Shown here in pieces: positions 12,901 to 22,179 of a stretch of DNA of 31,127 bases (the first letter of the stretch is position 1; each line of letters opens with the position of its first letter). The DNA is from Tubiluchus corallicola. Its lineage: Eukaryota; Animalia; Priapulida. The notes beneath the pieces were generated by a model. The model was not told the origin of the DNA. It saw only the letters and a program-made list of their open reading frames with translations, and ran no database searches. The position numbers and the translations under genes were made by a program. Location of the stretch: the NCBI GenBank assembly GCA_030141605.1, contig JAQGDQ010000415.1, positions 173,641 to 204,767 of the forward strand. The letters run 5' to 3'.

Positions 12901-15900
12901 TTATACATTATACACTATACACTATACATTATACACTATACCTTATACACTATATTTTATACATTGTACTTTATACATTATACTTTATACATTATACACT
13001 ATACCTTATACATTATACTTTATACATTATACACTATACTTTATACATTATACTTTATACATTATACATTATACACTATACACTATACATTATACACTAT
13101 ACCTTATACATTATACTTTATACATTATCCATTATCATTATACATTAAACTTTATCATTATACTTTATACTTTATGCATTATACTTTATACATTATACAT
13201 TATACTTTTTACATTATACATTATACTTTTTACATTATACATTATACTCATTGTACATTACACACTATCCTTTATGCATTATGCGTTAGGCATTATACTT
13301 TATACGTTATATATTACACATTGTACCATATACTTGATACATTATACATTCGTTTATCAGTTACTTGTTAGCAATATGCAAATATACAGTTATAAACATT
13401 CTGGCAATTAACTTAACAGCTAACAAAACCACTATAGAAGAAACCATATCCTCAACTAATCAATTTATAAACCACACCTAAAATTAGTGGAAAAAAAGAT
13501 ATTATAATAACTGTTATAATGGATGCCAAAAACTTTGTTGTTAGTAGATGAAAGAGAAGTAATTTAAGTCAGGGTTAACGCGCGAATGCAATTTTTTCAT
13601 CAAGGCATCACATTTCATCTACCTATTCGATTTAAGACAACTATTCGGTATTGAAGTAAGCCTATGAAAGCTTTATTACGTCAATACTGCTAATCTTATT
13701 TAATTATTATTATTATTGTTTCTTTATTTTATATTATTACTTATATTAGTGTTTATTTATTTTTTATTAATACTTATATTATTGCTACTTTATGTACTTG
13801 CTACATACCAAACAAACAGCCACATGTCACAAATAGGTCTTAAACCAACTTCCTGATTACAGAACCAATGAGCACTTTTAAATTTGAAAATTTAAAAAGT
13901 TCAAAGTTTTTTTTTTAAATAAAAAATGGATGTGCTGCACCGTGTATTGTTTTAGCAAGTTTTCGAACAATGGGTCCAAAAAAGATTTCAACTTGCAATT
14001 ATGCTGTGGTCGTTATTTCGAATGACCTTCAGAGAATACTCACAGTTTTTGAACTTATCAAAATTGAAAGAGATGACAATAATCAAATACGATTACCCCT
14101 AGCACGATAGCATGACCATGACGAAAGCTGTGCATATCGCAAAGTCGCGATATACTTATAGTAGTATCGTGGCATTTGTTAGTACATGTAGTATTTAATA
14201 GCACTAAGGTGGAAGTGACCTTGAAATGATAGTGGGACTTGTTGATAGTAAAAGAAAGTTTAAAACGACCAGAGTAACTGTAGAGGCTTAGTAGAGATTT
14301 GATAGAGAGTAACATAAAGTTTCTTTAAGGTTTTTTAAAACTTTTTTAATATTTTAAAACATGGATTTTTAATATTTTAATAACTCTCAGCTTTCTTAGA
14401 TAGTAAGGTAAGTTTTAGTATAATCTTACATAATGTAAAGTTTTAAAACAGATTTATATAAATTTTAAGTTTCAAATATTTTTACATAACCTTATATAAT
14501 TCATATAACAGACAAACCGATATGTCTACAGCCTATTAAATATGTTAAAGAGTTTTATGCCTTGGACTAGAAGGCATCTTTGACAATTAAGATTGAAATA
14601 GGCTGTCCGTTCGTCTTTTTTAGCAGAAACGGGCGACTTCATCATTTGGTTTTTGAGTAATACGAGGACACTTACGCGTCAAAAACATCAGCAAGTTTTA
14701 GTGCATCAACAATGTCTTGACTATTGGCAACCATTAGTGGCTGTTCCAGGTCAGCACAGATGGTTACGGCTTCTGCATATGTTGCAAGACCATGAGGAAC
14801 GAGGCACTGTGTCTCGCCATTGAAATATTCACCTTCAGGACAGACCAGTGCACCTGTTAAATAGCAATTATTCAACTTTATTCCACTGAATATGATAAGC
14901 ACATTACAACTTACTACAAGGATATGTGATGGTCTTATTAAAGCGATGGTCTACCTTGCCTAATTTAACTCGGACTTGAATGGCTTTTCTCAGAAAGATT
15001 TCTTTAAATTCAGTCTTCTTACATTTTGCACTTGATTGTCTCTTGGCTCGGAACTAAAGTTCAAAACTACAGATAACGAAAACACTTATTTAGCGTCGCT
15101 TATTTAAGAGACAACAGTCAAGAGGACCTGTTAAAGTATGTTAGAAGCGTTAGATTATGATAGATAATTATGTTGATGAATGCTGGCATCAAGCCGGGTT
15201 AAGGAGTGATGTCACGTGAATAAGTGATTCAGAATTGAGGCGTCGAAGCTCGGCGCACGATATATAAGATTTGTGATGCGCCCAGTTCAGGGGATTGAGT
15301 CTGGGAGTTGACGAAGAGCAAGCTAGATCAGGGGGCTTGGCATAACTATCTGTTATATTTATTGTGTTCGATATTTAATAAACGTGTAGTTTTATAATTA
15401 GACTCTTCATAGTTTTGCCATCCATAAAACACCAATAATCAACTATACACAACCAATACAACGAATTATTTTACTCCTATTTAACAGAAAACATTAGCAC
15501 CAGCAAGTTACAACAATTTATATATATGTGTGTGTACATACATATATATATGTATATATGTGTGTATATACATGCAGCACGCAAATAACATTTAGGATAT
15601 ACAGCCTGGAGTTGGCAGCAGGTAATATTGGACCCAAGGCTGCAACCATGGCAATATGTAACCTAGAAGCTCGGTCACTGAAACCAAGACCAAGGCTATG
15701 TCAAATTTCAGTTCTTAGTCTGTTTAAGGAACTATAGAGAACTATTTACTAACACTCTGCTTTGTTTTAATTCCAACTTCGAGGAAGATAAATGCCAATA
15801 GATTTTTTGACCGCGATTACATTCGTTAGCTCTGCAACATACGGTTTTTTGTTTGAAGCCGAACTTTGTGTTTTTTTTTCACTTTTTATGACTTAATGAC

Positions 15901-18311
15901 CACCGCATTTTTGAAGCCATTTTTACGAAAACACGGTAGTCGAATCTCAAATCACTGAAATTGTAAGTTTAAACGTTCTCAATGAAGAAAATTCATACAA
16001 TTAATACGAATTCTAAAATTTAAAAAAAGAAATTCAGTGTTCTTAACTCAGTGCTAATTTTGTTACTACTCATTTGTGTTCTTTCTTTCCTTTATAAATT
16101 TTTAATTACTATAACTTTGTATTTCTTGTGACTGCTTCATTTGTGGTTTTTTCTGAATGAGTTAACAACATAAAATCCAGGAAAGTACTATTTTAGAACT
16201 TTTTTTAGTTTTTAACAGAAATAACGTGTTGCGTCGTTTTTATTGCATACGATTTTGTTCACCTACCAGTTTGGTCAGGTTTACCATCATGTTCACAAAG
16301 TACAAGTCTCTTCATGTTACAATGTTCTTGTTGCCAATCTACAAGATGCGTTAGTGGATTTGATGACACTACAACACAGTCTTTGTCTTGCATATGATCA
16401 GATGCTGAAAAGCAAAAGTGCAGGAGAAATTATTTCATCGATTATCAATGTACAGCTTTTATTTTCAATTCTTTTACACTAAATTTCTAAAACAAGAAAA
16501 ATTTATAGCAGAGCCAGACGGGCGGTAACAATGGCACAGATGAAAAAATAGATATTAAAATTGCCATTGGAAAATATGAACAAATGGAAAAGTAGGAAAA
16601 AATGGCACAAATGAAAAAATAGATAATAAAAATGGCACAGGAATAAATGAACAAAAGGAAAAGTTTTGATGCAATTGATTTCTATGATAAAATTATAATG
16701 CGCTCAGTAGGAAGCAGATCTCTGCCAAAGTCGAACAATCCGAAACTTATTCGTCTGATTCTTTTAATTAAAAAAACTAACGCAAAGATAAACGAGCAAA
16801 CATACAAAAATGCACCTTCTAAGTTCAGATAAAAATATTTCATTAATTATCGATTAAATTCTTAATTATTTTATACTTCCTCTCTAAAACAAGAAAGCTA
16901 TACAACAGAGACAGTAAAACTCGTTGTATTACCCTGTGGAGGAGAATCCCAGTTAGTCCAACCATTAAAATTGTCGAATGTTCCCAACTCGTCACCACTT
17001 TCCCAGACGTATTTTATATCATAAGGGTCTGTATCACGTAACGTGAGGCCCATCCAGAATTGATGAACAGCTCTAGAAAACAACCGATTGCTGTTTATTA
17101 CACGTGTATTGATATTTAACAAAGCTATGAAAACTTTAAAGACCCTATGACACTATTTTTATGTCATTTTGTATAAAAACTATTCCGACTTTTGTCTTTA
17201 TAATTGAGAAAAATGAGAACCTGTGCGTGCATATCCGTCCGCATTAAACAGTGCCCAACAACGAAAGTTATACAGCATAAACAATCCAATTCTAGTTGCA
17301 AGAACATACCTGAGTAGTAATAGTAATACTATTATTATACTAGTAGTAGTACCAGTTCTAGTATTAGTAGTGGTAGCAGTAGCAGTAGTACTTTCAGTAC
17401 GAATAGCAGCAGCAGTAGCAGCACTGCTATTCGATAAACTAGAAAAAATGATCTACGAAAAGCAAAAATTTCCCATCAATCTATGATCTGCAGTCGATAA
17501 TAAAGCACTTAAGTTACTACACTTTTTATTTTTGAAACAAAATTTGCAATGCATTAAAAAATTATTTTACAGATTTCGCAAATAGAACAAACTTTTAGAC
17601 ACCAAAAATAGGTGACGAAGTTTCCAAAGTAACATTTGAAAAATTCTCCATGTTACAGGGTCAATATTACAAAAACTGCAAAAGTGAACAGTTAAGTAAA
17701 GCAACGCTTACAACTCGTTTTTTATCCCAGTAAAGTACGAGTTCAGTTCATTGGAATTGTCCTGAAATACGCGAGTATTTTCGCTCTCACAGATTCTTCT
17801 AGCTTCTGGAGAGAGAACTCTTTCTGGATGAAATTTGAAACAGTGTTCCTGTCCATTTGCTACTGTCCTGTATCCAAAGTCTTTCGGACATTCACCTGGT
17901 AAACGAAATATGTTGTTAGTTGCGAGTCAAATCTTTCAGAAAATTTTAATTAAAAAAGTGCTTAATGACTTCAGCGTGCAGGACAAATATCTCACACCTT
18001 AAACCATTCACAATATGTAATGCAAGATGTCTTAGTCACAGTGTGATGATGAGATGACAAAGATGATGATGACGATGATGATAAGGATGGTAAGGATGAT
18101 GACAACGATCGTGATGCTGACGATGATGATGATGGTGATGATGATGATGATGATAACGGTGATGATGATGATGATGATGATGACGGTGATGATGACGATG
18201 ATGTTGATGATGGTGGTGGTGGTGGTGGTGGTGGTGGTGATGATGATGGTGATGGTGGTAGTGGTGGTGGTGATGGTGATGGTGATGGTGATGGTGATGA
18301 TGATGATGATA

Positions 18312-18379
<68 letters not shown>

Positions 18380-18614
18380 AATGATGGCAGTGGTGGTAAT
18401 GGCAGCAGCACCACGGTAGTCTTGAATGAAATGCGTGCAAACTGAGCTCGAGATTGCTAAATATAAGTTGACACCATAACCGCTGCCGTTAATTAATTAC
18501 AATTAGTACATTCTTTTTCACATTACCTGCGCTTAAATCAATCACTAAAAGAAAAAATGCACACAGTGCTATCAACTCCATCAGGGTAGGCAAAAATAAC
18601 GCGTTAGTGCACAT
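765..18614 (-). CDS. Spliced gene (14 coding exons in window, 3' end unresolved): secretory-pathway protein with at least 5 tandem C-type lectin-like domains (multi-CTLD, mannose-receptor-like architecture)
   Basis: Join (minus): 18614-18527, 17895-17712, 17072-16933, 16404-16267, 14853-14676, 12645-12380, 11349-11166, 8690-8504, 6662-6545, 4808-4598, 4069-3846, 3566-3374, 1673-1546, 965-765 = 2440 nt. The frame is open throughout, all intron phases are compatible, and boundaries are GT(GC)-AG. Each module shows the CP..C, A...C, (W)xGL/I and terminal xCE/Q CTLD pattern. Confidence 0.9.
1546..1673 (-). CDS. Exon 13: CTLD5 middle (PVWVGI...YKTPDG...)
   Basis: Acceptor TTTTGCGCAG, donor CAG|GTATTT; 128 nt, phase 2 to 1. 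Confidence 0.9.
2070..2675 (+). mobile_element. Non-autonomous hAT DNA transposon derivative, copy 1
   Basis: Termini CAATGACGGCTTG...CGAGCCACCACTG (imperfect TIR, CAGTG type); 8-bp flanks TAGCTACC/GAGCTGCC match 6/8. Internal mini-ORF 2437-2574 resembles a hAT (ZMYM1-like) transposase N-terminus. Homologous to 10450-10973. Confidence 0.8.
3374..3566 (-). CDS. Exon 12: CTLD5 N-terminal part (QLTCPVNW...TCFEA...NYKEALQDCS...)
   Basis: Acceptor TTTTTAG, donor GTAATC; 193 nt, phase 1 to 2. Confidence 0.92.
3846..4069 (-). CDS. Exon 11: CTLD4 C-terminal part (…FIWY…FIDWEDGHPS…PSICQ)
   Basis: Acceptor TTTTTAAG, donor CAG|GTTTGT; 224 nt, phase 2 to 1. Confidence 0.85.
4598..4808 (-). CDS. Exon 10: CTLD4 N-terminal part (IDECPDGW...RCLRY...RARVGCS...)
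   Basis: Acceptor TTTTTAG, donor GTGAG; 211 nt, phase 1 to 2; classic CPxGW start. Confidence 0.92.
6545..6662 (-). CDS. Exon 9: CTLD3 C-terminal part (DSDKDCAV...RHCSDRLYYACE)
   Basis: Acceptor TTTTTGTACAG, donor G|GTAATA; 118 nt, phase 0 to 1. Confidence 0.87.
6679..7586 (+). mobile_element. TTAA-flanked interspersed repeat (Kolobok-like non-autonomous DNA element), copy 1
   Basis: Begins TTAA|AGGACAAG. About 6680-7165 is clearly homologous to 20338-20842, and the left end to 23903-23975. The right end at GCT|TTAA (7586) and the superfamily are inferred. Confidence 0.6.
8504..8690 (-). CDS. Exon 8: CTLD3 middle (…PPIGLIF…YKWLDG…WTDW…FEPSLYEK)
   Basis: Acceptor TTTTTAG, donor AAG|GTTTCA; 187 nt, phase 2 to 0. 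Confidence 0.87.
8712..10046. mobile_element. Putative solo LTR / LTR-like insertion (~1.3 kb)
   Basis: Block richer in GC than its flanks, bounded by TGTTATGA...TCATTACA (TG..CA inverted termini); no coding homology recognised; no matching TSD seen. Confidence 0.45.
10450..10973 (+). mobile_element. Non-autonomous hAT DNA transposon derivative, copy 2
   Basis: Termini CAACGACGCTCATG...CACGAGCCGTCACTG; 8-bp flanks GTCACAAA/GATACAAA match 6/8. Shares long blocks with 2070-2675 (e.g. TTGTGCRGAACMGG.GCAYGTGAGGG, AACATTAAAATTACAT). Confidence 0.8.
11166..11349 (-). CDS. Exon 7: CTLD3 N-terminal part (NSCPTEY...HCFNY...EARHLCE...)
   Basis: Acceptor TTTTTCAG, donor GTAAGT; 184 nt, phase 1 to 2. 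Confidence 0.92.
11403..12257 (+). mobile_element. pogo/Tigger-like (Tc1-mariner) non-autonomous element
   Basis: TA on both sides; TIRs CAGCAGGCGCCTTTTATTAGACTC / GAGTCTATTAGGCGCCGCCTACTG; repeated subterminal TAAT(A/T)GACTCA motifs at both ends. Confidence 0.8.
12380..12645 (-). CDS. Exon 6: CTLD2 C-terminal part (AWIAL...WSDG...DKDCV...WKEDSC...FFCE)
   Basis: Acceptor TTAACAG; 266 nt, phase 2 to 1 using the non-canonical donor TAG|GCAAGT. Confidence 0.88.
12680..13350. repeat. Heptamer-based minisatellite (TATACAT/TATACTT/TATACAC)n, ~670 bp
   Basis: Direct 7-nt periodicity that decays at the right end; it generates the spurious YTLY-repeat ORFs. Confidence 0.95.
14676..14853 (-). CDS. 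Exon 5: CTLD2 N-terminal part (ALVCPEG...QCL...YAEAVTICA...)
   Basis: Acceptor TTAACAG, donor GTAAGT; 178 nt, phase 1 to 2. Confidence 0.92.
15129..15486 (+). mobile_element. Putative solo LTR (358 bp), antisense to the host gene
   Basis: Perfect terminal inverted 7-mer TGTTAAA...TTTAACA; TATATAA at 15261 and AATAAA at 15377 in U3-R-U5 order; TSD not matched. Confidence 0.6.
16267..16404 (-). CDS. Exon 4: CTLD1 C-terminal part (DKDCVVV...WQQEHC...VLCEH)
   Basis: Acceptor TTTTCAG, donor G|GTAGGT; 138 nt, phase 1 to 1. An alternative phase-1 donor GATG|GTAAAC lies 18 nt earlier. Confidence 0.88.
16933..17072 (-). CDS. Exon 3: CTLD1 middle (AVHQFWMGL...YVWESG...WTNWDSPPQ)
   Basis: Acceptor TTTTCTAG, donor GTAAT; 140 nt, phase 2 to 1; WMGL is the WIGL motif. 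Confidence 0.92.
17313..17421. repeat. Degenerate (AGT)n/(AGC)n microsatellite
   Basis: Direct reading. Confidence 0.85.
17712..17895 (-). CDS. Exon 2: CTLD1 N-terminal part (GECPKDFG...HCFKF...EARRICE...)
   Basis: Acceptor TTTACCAG, donor GTAAG; 184 nt, phase 1 to 2; no stops; not in the ORF track. Confidence 0.92.
18044..18410. repeat. Compound (GAT)n/(GGT)n microsatellite in the intron after the signal-peptide exon
   Basis: Direct reading; source of the poly-His/Ser/Met ORFs. Confidence 0.97.
18527..18614 (-). CDS. Coding exon 1: signal peptide (MCTNALFLPTL)MELIALCAFFLLVIDLSA-G
   Basis: Hydrophobic core ending in small residues (SAG); donor GCAG|GTAATG, phase 1, matches exon 2. ATG 18614 has AAAAC context. 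In-frame alternatives are ATG 18581 (19-aa signal) and 18686. Confidence 0.75.
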
Positions 18615-18979
18615 GTTTTCTAAAATCGAAAGTGTTATTACATTGGCAGCTAACCTAACACTACAGCCAGCATAGATGGATGACATACGTTACAGAAATC
18701 GTCTTATTCTTTTGCTGCTACTTGTGATCGATTGTTCAGTTGCTACTGGTTATCAGACAATAACACTGAACAAAAGAAAACATCACAGTCAATAGCTATC
18801 AATACTATTAATATTTATGTAAGAGGGAAAGAATAAAAGGAGAACATACCAAGATAGAATGAACAAGAACAAAAAAAGAATTAAAGAAGAGAGGGCAGGA
18901 GAGGCGAAAAAGGAAAAAATACGGTGGTAAGACAACAGCAAAGAGTAAGAGAGACAGAAGCCAACAGCAAAGAGTAAGG

Positions 18980-19240
18980 GAGACAGAGAGAAAGAGAAAG
19001 AAAGAAAGAGAGAGAGAGAGAGAAAGAGAGAGAGAGCGAAAGAGAGCGAGAGAGAAAGAGAGAGAGAGAGAGAGAAAGCGAGAGAGAAAGAGAGAGAGAG
19101 ACAGAGAGAGCGAGAGAGGCAGGCAGGCAGGCAGACAGACAGTTAGAGAAACAGACAGCGACACAGTTAGACAGACAGACAGATAATTAGAGAAACTGAC
19201 AAGGAGACAGTTAGACACACAGACAGACAGAAAGAGAGAC
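18980..19240. repeat. (GA)n / (GGCA)n / (GACA)n purine-rich microsatellite
   Basis: Direct reading. Confidence 0.95.
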
Positions 19241-19809
19241 ATCCTATTGTTTCACAAAAAACAGTTATTACCGGAATAGTTTTAATTTTCATTGTCGTCC
19301 GTAGATGGCGCACAGTACACGTTATTGACTTGTAGAAGGTTGCAGTGAATAGAAAGCGAGTGCACTCAAGTCTGTAGTTTACTATCTATCATCTGGTTAT
19401 AGAATTAATATAATTATAGTCCATATAAGTGAACCTATACGTACCACTGTATTTATATATACCTGTACACCTATATACGTTAAGCAAAAAGTATCAATAA
19501 ATAAGACCTTAGATTATTTGTTCCTTGTGCTCAATGCATTAAATCCTTAAGTCATATGGCACATCTGCAAAATATAAATAATTTTGCAAAATTATTCATC
19601 TTGTTAGCCAAACATGAGCTGAAGACAACGTTCGTTTAAAATAATTTAACGTTTTCAGTTATCAGTCAATGTAAATGCATCATTACGTGTTATTAGGTAA
19701 GATAATTTTAATATTTTTCTTTAAAAAATAATCCACATGCAACTGACGAACTATTTTCAAAATTTCAGTTGGAATTTGTTATCTATATGTTAATACTGCT
19801 GGTATGTTA

Positions 19810-20042
19810 TATATATATATATATATATATATAAGATTCGAGGCTACAGCTCGGACGACGGCACCATTTGGGGCGATCTATACATCAAACGAAAGGTCTA
19901 GTGTCGTTTATTTTTCGAATCGGGCCCACCGCGACGAACGGGGGGCAAAAAAACTCCAAAAATGGCCCTTTTTAGGCCGTTTTTTGCAAAAGTTATACGT
20001 CTGAGATCTGGAGAACGGGAACGGGCCATGGGTGGTGCTGGT
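19810..20042 (+). mobile_element. Short interspersed repeat, Helitron-like, copy 1
   Basis: Starts (TA)n-AGATTCGAGGCTACAGCTC and is homologous to 26690-26950. Ends GTGCTGG|T (CTRR-like); no TIR or TSD. The Helitron assignment is inferred from the termini. Confidence 0.55.
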
Positions 20043-20337
20043 AATAATTATTAATATTCTCATTCCCTGTACACATTACTACAAAATCGTATCCGTCATT
20101 TTGTTCAGTGGTCCTATTTTGTACAGTGGGTTTTTATCCCTTTGAAAGTCATTTTTATGGATACGTACATATCAAAGTGGAAATTTTCAATTGTCCCATC
20201 TAGAAAATTAATTTCAACAAAATCGCAGCAGCAAGACTGTAAAATGAGCAGAAATGGTATTTCTGAACAGACCAACTAGCCAAGGTTCAGTGCTCTTTAT
20301 TTTAAAATAACTAAAAGATATACAGTTCAGGTCGTGA

Positions 20338-20842
20338 TTCAAAAGACAAGAAAACGGGGTACCTGAGGTAGGTTTCAGAAAAATCGCCTTACAAAATTAT
20401 ATTACTTTATAGCAATTTTATGCGTATATCGTACTCGTGTTGAAAGGAATTTTTGTTTGTTTTCATTTTAAATCTCCCGCGGTACTGTTGCGAAGTCACC
20501 ATTACATGACGTCATATACGCACAACGTAAATCAGAGGAAGAAAAGGAAACGCTAAATTATGTCCCAAAAAACTTTTCATGCAAATCTATATTACTTGAC
20601 ATTTCGCTAACCTGTTGGAAAGACTTATGTAACTAGAAATAATAATTTAAAATGTTCGTGCCAATTGGTAAAATGTCGCTGACTTACCCTCCAGGGTGCG
20701 CCACTCACTAACCAAAAACGTAGTTTTAATCTTATTGGCAAGATAAAATGATTTAAAATTTACTTAGTTAGTAACATGTATGCTACGAATGCTCTGATTA
20801 TTTTTTAAAACTTTACGCAATGTTATGTAAGCTTGCTTCAAG
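20338..20842 (+). mobile_element. Same TTAA-AGGACAAG repeat family, copy 2 (truncated)
   Basis: Colinear similarity to 6680-7165, e.g. shared CCACTCACTAACCAAAAACGTA and GCTACGAATGCTCTGATTATTTTT. Confidence 0.8.
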
Positions 20843-21347
20843 CTTTATGTAAGTGGGGGGAGGGAGGAGGAGGGGGTTTCTTGTGGTTCAACATGATTTA
20901 TATACTTCTTTTTCATCCTAATGATCATAATGCTATGCAATTACTGCAGCATTATAATCATTATAGGTGAGAAAAAAGAGGTATAGGTTCAAAAAATGCC
21001 CCCAGCATCTAGAAAATTGACACCTCTAAACATGAATAGTGACAAACAAAACCGTAATCACCACTGACAGCTAAATATCGAAAGAGAAAGTGATCCACAA
21101 TGTCTCATTACGACTTGACGGTCTCAAGGACTTTGTACTTTGGAAAATGAAGTAAGTTGTTTGCAGTTGTCCTAGTGACATCTAGTGACAAATAATTCAC
21201 AAGTGTAGCCTGCCGTGAACTAAAGCCCGTGGGAATGAAAGAATTTTTTCTCACGTTCTTGCATTGATCATTCATCAACTCCTTATCCCCTGTGACACTT
21301 GTGACAAAAACATCAGAAAATACAAGGATCAATAACTACTAGTTTGT

Positions 21348-21500
21348 ACCAGACGGTTTGGTCTAGTGGTAGATGCGTTCCCTTTCCGTCTGGTAGGTCG
21401 TGAGTTCGATACAGCAGCCGGGACATGCCAAAGACTTTAAGAATGGTACCTGCCGTTGCCCTGCCTGGCGCGTGGAATTTAGGGTAAACGTGGGGTAATA
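21348..21500 (+). mobile_element. tRNA-derived SINE (head plus conserved central domain)
   Basis: Pol III A box TGGTCTAGTGG (21359-21369) and B box GAGTTCGATAC (21402-21412), followed by CCAAAGACTTTAAGAATGGTACCTGC, which from memory resembles the Meta-SINE central domain. The 3' end is uncertain and may run to ~21700. Confidence 0.75.
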
Positions 21501-21731
21501 ATAGTCTCTGTTGTGTAGTTGTAGTTTGTCATTTACAGTCGGTCCTGAAGCTGATGTTACGGATTTAACATTTGTTTTGTTTGTCTGCGGTGTCACTATA
21601 TTTCAAAATTGAAATTTTATGTATGTCTTGTTTTTTCTTGTATTGTATGTTTCTTTGGTACTAATAAATGGTAATGAATATTAATGTGAATATGTTAATT
21701 TAATTATCCAAAAAGCCGACTTTAAATAAAG

Positions 21732-21750
21732 ATTATTATTATTATTATTA

Positions 21751-21818
<68 letters not shown>

Positions 21819-21985
21819 TTCATCATCATCATCATCATTATCATCATCATCATTATTATTGTCATTATTATTATTATTATTATTATTATTTTCATCATCG
21901 TCATCATCACATTATCATCATCATCATCATCATCATTATTATCATCATCATCATCATCATCGTCATCATCATCATCATCATTATT
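21732..21985. repeat. Compound (TAT)n/(CAT)n microsatellite
   Basis: Direct reading. Confidence 0.97.
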
Positions 21986-22179
21986 AAGATCTATTTTCTA
22001 ATGATTGTTTACTGAAAGTGGAAACTATTTTAAACAATAATTCATCTTCACCTAATCTTTCATCAAGCGATGCTTGTTGTTTATTTTACATCTTCCCTTG
22101 TTGACGTGGTGGTTGGGTGGGGGTTGGAGGGGGGAGATTTGGTTCTATAATCCTTTTACCACACGTGTTCCAATACATT

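Noticed and set aside
12726-13371. YTLY-repeat ORFs; array superficially like CRISPR
   Set aside because: Heptamer minisatellite with no unique spacers, no cas genes and a eukaryotic context.
17992-18440. Poly-His / poly-Ser-Pro / poly-Met ORFs (could look like a metal-binding protein)
   Set aside because: They are readings of a (GAT)n/(GGT)n microsatellite inside an intron whose flanking exons already join in frame.
765-18614. Assigning the symbol MRC1/MRC2
   Set aside because: No ricin or FN2 domains and no canonical sugar-binding motifs; the similarity is only in multi-CTLD architecture.
21108-21332. 74-aa minus-strand ORF as an upstream coding exon
   Set aside because: No recognisable domain, and the signal-peptide exon already supplies the start with an in-frame stop upstream; a non-coding exon here cannot be excluded.
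21348-21425. Functional tRNA gene
   Set aside because: A and B boxes are present, but I could not form proper acceptor and T stems, and it runs into a SINE-type body with no oligo-T terminator.
20854-22134. G-rich tracts (20854-20876, 22107-22134; also 26925-26941) as G-quadruplexes
   Set aside because: Short, irregular and within or next to repeats; nothing in the sequence supports a function.
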